Under the pieces are notes generated by a model. It was not told where the DNA came from. It was given only the letters and a program-made list of their open reading frames with translations, and ran no database searches. A DNA stretch of 62,960 nucleotides, counting the filler, from Octopus bimaculoides (lineage: Eukaryota): the NCBI RefSeq assembly GCF_001194135.2. It is 6 parts of 5 records of this genome, joined end to end, with 100 filler letters (N's around TTAATTAATTAA, not from the genome) between each part and the next. Parts side by side here need not be neighbours in the genome. Positions count along the whole stretch, not along the records: positions 1 to 4,503 come from NC_068983.1; positions 4,604 to 13,039 come from NC_068993.1; 4 more parts are not named here. One strand, given 5' to 3'. Shown piece after piece: positions 1 through 11,735 of this stretch. The position numbers and the translations under genes were made by a program. The first letter of the stretch is position 1. Every line of letters begins with the position of its first letter.

Positions 1-33
<33 letters not shown>

Positions 34-560
34 CCTCTCCTATGCAGAAAGACTATTAACACAACTTTAACTAAAATGTAAGATTAACTTTACCTAACTC
101 TATTCTTATACCACTATATGCATTACTATATCCACTAACTGTTTCTCCTGCATCTCTCACACCATGAACTCTAACATACTTCTCAACATTCTGAAGAGAT
201 CTGCCAAACCATTTGGCACATTGAAACGATCGTAAATGACTCATTATATAATCTCCACGCAATTAAATCAATGGCTAACTAGCCCAATTGACTAGCTTCT
301 TCTTGTGTTTGTTTGTCCATTCTCCATATATATATAACACACACATATATGTATGTACGTATTTATATATCTATTCATATATATATATATTTGCGTATAT
401 ATGTATTTATATGTATATGTGTGTATACTTGTATGTACATACGCATGTAGACATGTATGCATATATGTCCCTGTATATATGTATACACACATATACACAC
501 ACAACGCACATTTACACATACTAATGCACACACATACATAAGCATGTGAAATTGCGCGGT

Positions 561-612
561 AATGATACTGGCGGAACTAATGCACCGCCAGTATCCATTG
601 CCTTTTCAATGG
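561..612. other. GC-rich hairpin followed by a second small hairpin
   Basis: GATACTGGCGG-10 nt loop-CCGCCAGTATC is a perfect 11-bp inverted repeat, overlapped by CCATTG-cctttt-CAATGG. Confidence 0.6.
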
Positions 613-987
613 CCATTCTCATGTGATTGGCTTTTAGTGAATGAATGAGTTTGATATCGATGCCATCGTTTAGGTTTCTTGCCGTGATGTATATATGCAC
701 TTGTGTATGTATGTATGTATGGATGGATGGATGGATGGATGGATGGATGGATGGATGGGTGGATGGATGGATGTCATTATTCAGTTTATTTCAAGATTTC
801 TTGCTAATATAGAAAGAACCGGTTTCTAACCTAGATCCAAGGCTCCTTCATTGGAATTTCAACATCAACAACAGGGTATTTTTGTTTGTTTGTATGTATG
901 TACGACTGCATGTGTGTGTATGTATGTATGTAAGTATGTATGTATGTATGTATGTATGTATGTATGTATGTATGTATGTGGGTGTGT

Positions 988-1370
988 GGAGGCGCAATGG
1001 CCCAATGGTTAGGGCAGCGGACTCGCGGTCATAGGATCGCGGTTTCGATTCCCAGACCGGGCGTTGTGAGTGTTTATTGAGCGAAAACACCTAAAGCTCC
1101 ACGAGGCTCCGGCAGGGTATGGTGGCGAACCCTGCAGTACTCTTCCACCACAACTTTCTCTCACTCTTACTTCCTGTCTCTGTTGTACCTGTAATTCAAA
1201 GGGTCAGCCTTGTCATACTCTGTGTCACGCTGAATATCCCCGAAAACTACGTTAAGGGTACACGTGTCTGTGGAGTGCTCAGCCACTTGCACGTTAATTT
1301 CACGAGCAGGCTGTTCCGTTGATCGGATCAACTGGAACCCTCGACGTCGTAAGCGACGGAGTGCCAACAA
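988..1370 (+). mobile_element. tRNA-derived SINE, family A (~385 bp), full length
   Basis: tRNA-like head (GGAGGCGCAATGGCCCAATGG...GGTTTCGATTCCC) and a CCAACAAC tail. Near-identical copies occur at 11104, 25426 and 27263. Confidence 0.9.
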
Positions 1371-1457
1371 CATGTATGTATATATTTGAAGATTTGTATG
1401 TTTTATGTATGCATTCTCCATGCATATAGTTGCATATCTAGACATGCTCATATATAT

Positions 1458-2085
1458 TTAAATGATAAACTTCTGGAAAGTTTTACAGATTTTTACAATT
1501 CCAGTGATGGATGAGATCTGTAGTCTTCGAATTAGCTTTCTCCTTTCTGGTTTTGAGAAGCCTAATTTCTCAAGGTTGGTATTTCGGCAGTGTGTAAGAT
1601 ATCCCAGGGCCCCAATAATTACAGGTATAAACCTGAACTTGTAATCTGGATAGAGTAACTGCAGATTTCTCAATAGTTCACTGATCTTCAGCTTTATGTT
1701 AACATCCGCTGGACAGCTAATTTCCACAACTGTGCACAGTTTCTCTTCTCTATCCCAAATCATTATATCAGGTCTGTTGTGCTTACATTTTATTGAGGTC
1801 TTCGCTGGTACATTCCACCAGTATTCCTTTTTATTATGAGTGGCTATGGCTTCTTATTTCTTTGTCCTCGGGATTATCCTTCCGACGGATTCCGTTATAG
1901 AGTGTCCTAGCTACAACGTCATGTCACATCGGTAGATAATACCGTGATGACATTTTCGAACAATTGCTTATGATGTGGGTGATATCGTCTGTGTGAACTC
2001 CACAAAGTATACATCGGTTGTCACACCTTACGCTTTACCTGCATCTCTATCCCGTTTGTGCATCAGATACTTGGTTGTACGTATG
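1458..2085 (-). mobile_element. Decayed 3' part of an RLE-type non-LTR retrotransposon (CCHC knuckle plus restriction-like endonuclease)
   Basis: Minus strand reads RCILCGVHTDDITHIISNC (CCHC), then RPDIMIWDREEKLCTVVEISCPADVN...FIPVIIGALG (PD..D/E RLE motif). Contains stops and frameshifts. Confidence 0.85.
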
Positions 2086-2590
2086 TATAAAAATAAGTTC
2101 TGAAGTCCATTCATTCAACACAAAAATTCTTCAAGGTGTGTGTATGCATGGCTGCAGTCTAATGACTGAAACAAGTAAAAGATAAAAGATAATGATATAT
2201 ATATNNNNNNNNNNNNNNNNNNNNNNNNNNNNNNNNNNNNNNNNNNNNNNNNNNNNNNNNNNNNNNNNNNNNNNNNNNNNNNNNNNNNNNNNNNNNNNNN
2301 NNNNNNNNNNNNNNNNNNNNNNNNNNNNNNNNNNNNNNNNNNNNNNNNNNNNNNNNNNNNNNNNNNNNNNNNNNNNNNNNNNNNNNNNNNNNNNNNNNNN
2401 NNNNNNNNNNNNNNNNNNNNNNNNNNNNNNNNNNNNNNNNNNNNNNNNNNNNNNNNNNNNNNNNNNNNNNNNNNNNNNNNNNNNNNNNNNNNNNNNNNNN
2501 NNNNNNNNNNNNNNNNNNNNNNNNNNNNNNNNNNNNNNNNNNNNNNNNNNNNNNNNNNNNNNNNNNNNNNNNNNNNNNNNNNNNNNNNNN

Positions 2591-2652
<62 letters not shown>

Positions 2653-3131
2653 TGTACGTAGGTGTTCGTGTATCTGTGTGGTGTACATAGTTACTTAGTG
2701 TGTCTATATACATATATTGGATATAAAATACATGCATATGTATTTATAAATGCATCACATGCATATATAGATGGGCGTGTGTGTGCATGTCTGTGTGCGT
2801 GTGTGTGCATATTTGTGTGCGTGTGTGTGCATGTGTATGTGCGTCTGTGTTCATGTGTGTGTGCGTGTATGTATGGGTGTTTGTGTGCAGAAGGTATAAA
2901 CATATCTGTTATAAAAACATAGTGGGGTGTGCGTAATAAATCTAGTTTCCATCGATATTTTCCTAGAATGTCGTCACAAGTTGGAGTGACCAAGCAACTG
3001 TAACGTCAGTTTAATAAGTTTGTGCAGCAGGACAGCAAACAGCTTGGTTGAAACGAAATATATATGAAAATGAGGAGTTAGAAATTCTCAGATTTTATGA
3101 TTTTTTTTATATGTGTGAGTGTTAGTGTGCA

Positions 3132-3168
<37 letters not shown>

Positions 3169-3296
3169 GTGTGCGCGTGTGTGCGTGCGTGTGTGTGTGT
3201 ATGTATATATATATATATACTCTTATTTCGTACACATCACTTACGACAACTCCCTTCCACCCTCTCTTTCTCTCTTTCTTTAACCCCTTCTGTTCT

Positions 3297-3355
<59 letters not shown>

Positions 3356-4010
3356 CAAAAAAGTGCTCAGAAAAATCACTCGGAATGGTCAGTGGAATGT
3401 ACTTCGTTTATTGAAATTATTTGTACTTCCAAGTATTGTAGAACAATCTATTTTATGGTACTTTGTACCAAATCCAAATGAGGAGAGGTACTCTGCAGAA
3501 TCAAAAATTCTCCAAAACTGATATGCCCGTTACCGAAAAAATAATCTGTCTGAAAACAAAAGGACAGTAGCAGTTATGTTTCTGCCTAAACAAGCGTCAT
3601 CGGCACAGCAACTGCCCGTACCTTTAGGCATACACAAAAGAGTAATTTGCATAAATGAAACGAAAATAAGCTAAGATGAATAATTCAGAGCGATTAGTGG
3701 CAGGTATTTGATCTAAGAAGATGAATGCAGTATATTAACTATCATACAAGATAAAATGTTGCTTTGTTAAAATTATCCCTGTTTCCAGTGGAGGTAGGGA
3801 AGGAGAAAGGGAGAGAGAAAGGGAGACAAACAGACAGATGAGGATAGACATGACATTCTACCGTCCATGTCTTCAGGAACACTATTGGACTGCAAGTTCA
3901 AAACCTGTATGTGAACTAACATAAGGTGTTTACCAAACGTTTTTTATTTATTCATTTATTTATTTTCTAATAAATCGCCATGTTTCGAAGAGTTCTGCAT
4001 TTATATATAC

Positions 4011-4776
4011 ACTAGCAGAAATACCCGGCTTTGCCCGGGTTAAACAGAATAATGAAATCTAAAAACGCCGTCTAGATTACGCAACTCTCAACTGTTAGTA
4101 GCTACCATATTTCTACATTAATAACTCTCCAATCCATGCCAGCATGGAACATAGACATTAAGTGGAATGCCAGTCTCTCATCTAGGAGGGCCTTGAAATC
4201 AATGTTACCAACTGGGGACTATGTGTGTCGTAGTGATAATAAAAAGACCCAAAGGAGGTCTGCAACGAAATAATTTTACTCAACACTTTGCAAGTGAATC
4301 AGTGGAGGCAAAGTTGCGTCTCATTTACTTGACAATTTATGCACCACATTGCAGAAATCACAATGAAAGTATATCTGAAAGGGTAGTCTTACACTGTTGT
4401 ACTGTTGAATTACAAATAATGCTCATCTGTAATGTTCGGGTTAAAATTTCATCAACATCAAAAATATATGAATTTTCATGGGAGTTATGGCCGTTATACA
4501 TAGNNNNNNNNNNNNNNNNNNNNNNNNNNNNNNNNNNNNNNNNNNNNTTAATTAATTAANNNNNNNNNNNNNNNNNNNNNNNNNNNNNNNNNNNNNNNNN
4601 NNNTATATACATACGTATAGATGTATATACGTATTTATATATGCATATATATATTATATATATATATGTATGTATGTGTGTGTGCGTGTGTGTATGTGTG
4701 TGTGTGTGTGTGTGTGTTTGTATGTATCTTTGCATGTAAAACTAAAATATGAAACAACCGGGCTTTTTCGTCTAGT
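4011..4776. mobile_element. Possible Helentron/Helitron2-like non-autonomous element termini
   Basis: Left end ACTAGCAGAAATACCCGGCTTTGCCCGGG; right end CCGGGCTTTTTCGTCTAGT; these form an imperfect inverted pair. The span crosses an artificial join. Confidence 0.4.
4504..4603. other. Artificial scaffold join (N44-TTAATTAATTAA-N44)
   Basis: The same 100-bp construct recurs at 13040-13139, 21340-21439, 46977-47076 and 53669-53768. Confidence 0.95.
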
Positions 4777-4985
4777 AAATTCCACTGACATGACATTGAT
4801 TTATAAATGGCAATAGTAGAAGATATATTGCCAAATATGATGCGAAGTTGGATAGAATTTGGATTAAAATGGTTGCGAAGTGAACTTCTTAATATTCCAT
4901 GCCTGTGTTCATGTTGTTAAGTATGTATTAATAAATAGATTTGAGGGATCTTTTTATCACAATTCGAAGTTCTATTTTTTAACAG

Positions 4986-5132
4986 GATTTTCATGCAAAC
5001 AGCCGCATCTTCTCAACTTAACTATAACCAGCAGAGCTTATGTGGATAGCTACTGGAATTATGAATGTGTAGGAATGACCACAACTTGCCATATGAAAGC
5101 AATTTGGTACAATGGAATGAAGAATTATTTTA
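4986..5132 (+). CDS. Candidate internal exon, Sushi/CCP-like Cys-rich module
   Basis: Acceptor ttctattttttaacag, donor gtacgt; 147 nt, phase 1-1, the only open frame: (G)FSCKQPHLLNLTITSRAYVDSYWNYECVGMTTTCHMKAIWYNGMKNYF. Confidence 0.65.
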
Positions 5133-5459
5133 GTACGTCTTTAACTATTTATATATATCTTACCATTATTCTTCGAACTAGAAAAAACACAGCAGTCTTT
5201 CTTCAAAAGTCAATCTCCCTCTCACCTTCCCCGATCCAACCACCCGTCCATCCGTCTGCCTATCCAATCCTACCTACCTACCTACCTACCTACCTATATA
5301 CATATCTATCTATCTATCTATCTATCATCATCACCATCATCGTCGTCATCATTATCATCTTCTTCTTCGTCATATTCTTCTTCCTCTTCTTCGTCACATT
5401 CTTCTTCTTCTTCTCCTCCTCCTCCTTGCTTTTCTTTTTCTTGCTTATTGTTTCTATTA

Positions 5460-5498
<39 letters not shown>

Positions 5499-7388
5499 AA
5501 CCCCCATCATTATCATCATCATCAGGAAAATAGTGCACTTGCAGAATGATGGGAGTATCGAACAAAATGCTTAGCAGCATTTGGAATCTTTACATTGTTT
5601 CCTTGTTTTATCCAAGAATGAGTTTGAGACAGCATTGGCAGATATGTTAAGTGAGATATCGTTCATGTGGAAGGTTATATGATATAAGTGTCTGTAAAAG
5701 AAGACGGAGCCGAAACGCAAGAATAGATTGACTGAGACACATCTATCCATAAACTAGTCCCGCTGTATTTGGGAAGATGAAACACAATGGACTCGGTCAG
5801 CGACATTGGCGACGACATTGATTCTTGACTCGTTGTCATTTTCGTGGCCTCATATAATAGGCAGAGGATTAGTACCATCGTAACTTCTGGCGATATTTGG
5901 TCCTGTGACGTCATCCTTGATAAGTTCTTACGACCCCGTAAGACCATAATACAATATCAGAATTGTGTCTGTAAATGCTAATGAGAGGTAGGCTTTAAAA
6001 CTCAGTATCCAGGATAGAAAACCCAGCTGCTATACATCTGGAAGTAAAAGCCATCTAAGAGTTTCCTGTTCAGAAAGATTAACTGATCAAAAGCAAAAAC
6101 GAGAACAAATCAGTTGTTAATCCCAAGGCGGTACCGAACACATCTATGGAGTCGTCAAAAAAGAGAAATATGAAAAAAAAAAAACTGTCTGTCCTTATTA
6201 TCATGAATTAATCAGAAGACTCACGAACATCTCTGTCAGCCCAAACCGGCGGAGACATTGAGTCAATTGAGTCACACTCGACAACAAAAGCTGCGAGACT
6301 TAAACAGACAGGAATTACCTCTTCGTAACAGTATTACTTCCATTTACTGACCAGAATGGAGAGCAGTGTGAAGCCAAGGGAAAAGGCAGACATTTTTGTA
6401 CAAATAAAGAAAATATGGATGGGAAAAGAACTAAAGAACAAACCGAAAAGGGCAATAAAATATCACGTGAGTATCTCATGCGAAAAGGAGATGCTCTACG
6501 TCGAGGAAGAACTTGTTTCATATTAAGAGCAGCCCATCTTTTTCTGAGGTGAAAACAGCCTCCTCACTGTATGAAATGAAATTTGCAGCACTATGTATGA
6601 TCAACTAAGAACCAGTAAGACATATGGAAAACACTAGCGATATCCAAACGAAATTCGGATCGGGAAGGGAATGAGATTATATTTCACATAGCACAAACTG
6701 AACGGAATATTAGTAAAAATATCTGACAGACAGCATGATAAATTCCCAAAGAATATAAACGCTCTCTTTCCTGTTGTATTTGAAACGCTTGTCATTAAAG
6801 AATATCTTCTCCCTAACTATGATCACTGCCAAATAGAATTAAAGTGGTTCCTTAAAAAGAGGCACAAGATAATGGTGTTTCTGCTAAAAGAATAAACAAT
6901 ACTTTGCATGTAATTAGTGCTACTCTGTATTCCAGTGACTCACCATTCTAAAAATTGAATTTGTTTATTAGAAAAAGAAATTACACACACACACACACAC
7001 ACACACATGTATGTGTGTCTATGTATGAATATATCCATCTATAATCTCAATCTGCAAAGATTTGCGTTTATAGGAAACTTTAATGTTTATGGATTTGCTA
7101 ATACTAATTAATTTAAAATGAGGTCAAAATCTGTCAATACAGTCTAAAAATAAGGTTAAAGATGTATCAAAATAAGGTTGAAATTAAGCAATTTTTAAGG
7201 TTAAAAGATTGCCCTAATCAGAATTTCATATTTCGTGCCACTGCAAGATGTGTGAACAATTTATTGAAATCGGCTTTCATTTCCATGCAGGTGCTGATTT
7301 CATCCATACACTTGAGGAAATTAAATATGACGGCCTTGATGGAAGCATGTAAAAAATATTGGTTTCAAATTTTCGCACAACGCCAGTA

Positions 7389-7581
7389 ATTTCGAGGATG
7401 GGGGTGGGGCTAAGTCGATTACATCGAACCCAGTATTTTCAACTGGTATTTATTTTGTCGACCGTTAGAGGATAAATGGCAAAATCGACTTCGGCCAAAT
7501 TTGAACTCAGACCGTGAAGACGGACAGAATGCAGCTAAGCATTTTGCCGGGCGTGCCAACAGTTATGCCAGCTCGCTGCCT
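7389..7581 (-). mobile_element. SINE family D (tRNA head plus TTTGCC(T)TT(T)ATCC..GGTCGA(T)AAAATAA(G)TACCAG-type central domain)
   Basis: Reverse complement matches the copies at 11525, 24960, 25200, 42409 and 56290. Confidence 0.8.
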
Positions 7582-7733
7582 TCATCTGACTAATATTTAT
7601 ACATAATGCAGAATGTTCCTGTAATTTAGTGTGTATACGGCTGGGTTCCACTGCACAAAATAATGTCACTTTAAATATAAAGTGCGCCAAATCAATTATT
7701 ATGTTATTGTATTAATTAGAATCTCTTAAACAG

Positions 7734-7880
7734 ATATTTCTTGTACAACGAAGGAAGACATGGGTGAAGGCACCATAACAACAAATGTCAGCTATCTATG
7801 CGCCCGGGTTGGAAGCAAACTCGTTCCTGATCATGAAAAGATGCCAGTTTGTATAACGTCGGCATATATCAAGAATTGTG
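7734..7880 (+). CDS. Candidate internal exon, second Cys-rich Sushi-like module
   Basis: Acceptor tctcttaaacag, donor GTG|gtaagt; 147 nt, phase 1-1, the only open frame: ISCTTKEDMGEGTITTNVSYLCARVGSKLVPDHEKMPVCITSAYIKNC. Confidence 0.7.
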
Positions 7881-8034
7881 GTAAGTTAATACATAATATC
7901 TTCATTCTTCTATTTCATTAGTTTCAGTCAATAGATTTCATCATACCTTTCGCCTGCATTAGTCGTTGATAGTGTCTTCGGTACTTTGTCAGGTACTTAA
8001 ATTAATCAATCTTGGATTAGAATGTAAGAAAGAA

Positions 8035-8090
<56 letters not shown>

Positions 8091-8879
8091 TAACGCAAGA
8101 TATTTCTGTTCGACGATAGACTCCAAGACGAAAAAAAAAAAAAGGAAAGAAAGCATGGAACGTTGCTGGTTGATCTGCAGAAAATATTGCAATTTATGTT
8201 GCCTTCAGTAAGTGTCAATACATCTTACAACTACTGGAAAGAAAACCGTTTCCAGAAGGACTACTGCAAAAAGTTGACAGAGGCTGTCTCTAAAAATGTC
8301 CTAACAAACTTCTGCTAACAAAGAAAAACATTATGAACAGAGGGCACTTTTTCGCTAAGTATGATAAATGTGACTGAGATTAGTTTCAAAACGTCCTCTG
8401 AAGCAATAAATTAAAATCTGGGTATTGCATTGACGTTCCTGAAAGCTGTCTTTGCAAAGTTGGCAATAGATACCACCCTCATTGTAGTTATTCAAACACA
8501 TTTCGTGGAGATTATAAAATGTTAACAGTTAATTACTACTGTGGAACAACCAGAACTGTGAGTGAAAGGATTTCTTCTCAACTTACATAAATTATTTCCT
8601 AGAGAAAACTATCAGTCATTTTTTGACATAATGTTTTTTTCCATAATAATAAAAAAGAAGGTCCTTGAAAATAACTCTCATTCGAACCAGATTCGAATCT
8701 CATAGAGATAATGTACGTATTCGGCACAAAAATTTGAGTGATAATCTTCAAACTGGAAAAAAAACCAAAAAAAACCCGACAATCTTTCTTCAAAATTCTG
8801 TATCCCCCTCCCTCACTCTCCAACCATCCATGGGCCATGAACTGCAATAATTAATATTCCGAGGGAGATATTTTTTCTC

Positions 8880-9325
8880 AAGCGGTAATTAAGCAAGGGC
8901 CAGTTTCTGGAACCTGCTGCCCAACATGGGCGTTTGAAAACAAGGTGATGCTCTGCGTCCGGTGGAATTATGAAGGAATAATTCACTACGATTTCGTTCA
9001 AAACGGCCGAACCACTGATGCTAGCCTGTACTCCGAACAGCTGGAGTGGTCGTGTACCATTTTGTGGCAAACATACTCGGCATTGATTAACAGAGAGCGA
9101 GCTCTTCTGCAGCTAGGTAACGCAAGACCTTATACCGTTCAAACAAACTGGAATAAACTCCAGGAAGTTGAGGAAATCGAACTGATGCCACACAGATCAG
9201 TCCTAGCTCCCTCGGAATATTACTTGTTCTAATCCATGGCTCACCTCCTGCGCTCGCGAGGCTTCATCGGCTAAGAGGAAGTGGAAGCTTCAGTGGAGGA
9301 GGTCTTCGCCTCGAAGGACATTATT
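8880..9325 (+). pseudogene. Mariner transposase remnant (catalytic domain)
   Basis: KVMLCVRWNYEGIIHY...LLQLGNARPYT...LAPSEYYLF matches the mariner KVMLxVWW / HDNARPH / LAPSDY motifs. YSPD is deleted and stops are present. Confidence 0.9.
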
Positions 9326-10570
9326 ATATCCGAAATATATGCCCATCTCTGTCAAGTAGTTGGTCACCAGGATGTCCGTTACTGAGCACCGTGGAAACAA
9401 ACTCTGCACAAATTTTGTGCATGCTCAGATCTACATGAATAATTCTGTGTACAGCTGCCTTACCAACTCCAAACTGATACTTATTGTCTTTATAAACATA
9501 CGACGGTCTTCATCCAAACAATTGTGAATTTTCTCAACCAGTTCTGATGTTCTCATATCTCTCTTTCTCTCACATCTCTCATTGTCTCACCCCTTCTCTC
9601 TACTGTCCTTGAACCAGTGTTTGGTGGGGAGTGTTCAAAGTGCTGTTACAGCCGTCTCCTGCAATCTGGAATATAAGCAAGTTGGTATCGCTGCTTAGCG
9701 CTGCCACCCTGTAATTTGTTCTCAGTGAGCCGCTGATTAGCGCTACCAGTCATTGAACGACGAACAAAATACTATAAGAGACGCAATCTCTCTTACCAGA
9801 TAACAGCCCACCTTAATCGGTTTCTGTGACTGAAGAGGAGATAAGCACTCCGAATTGCTTGTCTCTCATAGTCTAAGTAGGTCGTGCTGCAAGCTGATTT
9901 TAGTTGTATTTTACACCATTTGTCTACAGCGAGAAATTTTCTCCATGACAAAACGCAGTGAATGGCTTTCTTGGGGTTCGAATATGCCCCAAGCATATTT
10001 GAACTGGTAATAACCTTGTTTTTATATACACCACAGCTTAACGCTGCCACCCGCCACATATTTGCTTTTTTATATGTAAGAAATCTTAAAACTGTCCATT
10101 TGTCCTTTTTTGTCCTTTCGCAATCATGGTTAAACAGACATAATATGTGATATACCAAACGGAAAGAAATTAAAAGATTCTACTGTAAGAAAATGCAAGA
10201 AAGTCTATATTTGCGACTGGCTGAATAGTTCTTTACAAATTCGGAAACTGGTATTTTGCCAGCCTAATATAAAAATGGAAAATGGTACCATAAGTTTTGG
10301 TAAGTTTAAGAACTAATCCTTTCATTATTAATTTTACTAAGACTAATTAACTGATTGATTTATACTATGTATCAATGAACCACCTAATTAATAAATAAAT
10401 AAATCAATTAATATTAGACCGTTATAATAAATAGGGTCTATTGCAGGATATTTCTTAATTAGACGCAGTAAATAAGAAAATGATTAGTGCTAAATACATA
10501 TACATTACAAGAGAGTGAACTTCCCACATTTTTTGTTGATATGTATGTTGTTTGACGCTTAAAATACCAG

Positions 10571-10639
10571 TTCGTATATTTAGGAAGATATGCCAACGGC
10601 TGGCTGCAGTAAAAAAAGTTGATGGGAACGTACAGCTAG
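10571..10639 (+). CDS. Candidate exon of the Sushi-like gene
   Basis: Acceptor aaaataccag (weak), donor CTAG|gtaagt (strong); 69 nt, phase 1-1, the only open frame: RIFRKICQRLAAVKKVDGNVQL. Confidence 0.4.
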
Positions 10640-10976
10640 GTAAGTCTAGGAATCGCAAGAGTAATTTAATCAGAAAACTTAAGCCGAAACTCGACTTTCG
10701 ATGTGAACTTGTCTTGTTTTGGGACATATTAGATCTCTGAAATACACAAGCGCTATGTATATATTCAATGGTTCTATAACCCTGTCATAATCATTTCACG
10801 TTTTGGGCCACATATATCTGGTGAAGGGATCTAGCGTCAAAACCCTTTTCTAAGAAGTTCATATGAGAAGTGTGTCACGTTAAAAGTTATTTTGTTATTT
10901 AGCAAACGTTCACTTATCGACATTATTTACTTTGATACAAAGTTATATCGGAGTATTTTATATAATTTATTCACAG

Positions 10977-11055
10977 AAGGCGTGATGAAAATGGTGTGTG
11001 AGATTTTAGATCGACTTACACTGAAAACTATTCAAATCAATGCTGAACATTTGTT
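10977..11055 (+). CDS. Candidate exon of the Sushi-like gene
   Basis: Acceptor taatttattcacag, donor gtaagt; 79 nt, phase 1-2, the only open frame: (E)GVMKMVCEILDRLTLKTIQINAEHL. Confidence 0.45.
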
Positions 11056-11103
11056 GTAAGTATTGAAGCATTCTAACAAACTCTCATTATATATTCACAA
11101 TTA

Positions 11104-11489
11104 GTGGAGGCGCAATGTTAGTGGTTAGGGCAGCGGACTCGCGGTCATAGGATCGCGGTTTCGATTCCGATTCCCAGACCGGACGTTGTGAGTGTTTATT
11201 GAGCGAAAACACCTAAAGCTCCACGAGGCTCCGGCAGGAGATGGTGGCGAACCCTGCTGTACTCTTTCACTACAACTTTCTCTCATTCTTACTTCCTGTT
11301 TCTGTTGTGCCTGAAATTCAAAGGGTCAGCCTTGTCACACTGTGTCACGCTGAATATCCCCGAGAACTACATTAAGGGTACACGTGTCTGTGGAGTGCTC
11401 AACCACTTGCACGTTAATTTCACGAGCAGGCTGTTCCGTTGATCGGATCAACTGGAACCCTCGACGTCGTAAGCGACGGAGTGCCAACA
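11104..11489 (+). mobile_element. SINE family A, full length
   Basis: Highly similar to 988-1370. Confidence 0.9.
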
Positions 11490-11524
11490 TATACATATTC
11501 ACAATTAATATATATTCGTCTGAT

Positions 11525-11735
11525 GGTGGCAAGCTTGCAGAATCGATATGGCACCAGGCAAAATGCTTAGCAATATTGCCTTCGTCTTTACGTTCTGAGT
11601 TTAAATGTCACCGGGGTCGACCTTGCCTTTCATCCTTCCGGAGATTGATAAAATAAGTACCGATTGAGTAATGGGGTCGATGTAATTGACTTAGCCCTTA
11701 AATTGTTGGCCTTGTCCACAAATTTGAAATCATTA
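11525..11735 (+). mobile_element. SINE family D
   Basis: GGTGGCAAGCTTGCAGAATCG head and GGTCGACCTTGCCTTTCATCC core. Confidence 0.8.

Noticed and set aside
4548-4559. TTAATTAATTAA palindromes (five copies)
   Set aside because: Always centred in an exact N44/N44 gap, so an assembly spacer rather than biology.
5640-6540. GC-balanced segment with short ORFs
   Set aside because: Stops in all plausible frames and only a faint RTE-like QIKKIW stretch; it cannot be assigned.
9930-10006. Exon-like segment REIFSMTKRSEWLSWG
   Set aside because: Phase 0-2 is incompatible with the flanking candidate exons, and the peptide is unrecognised.
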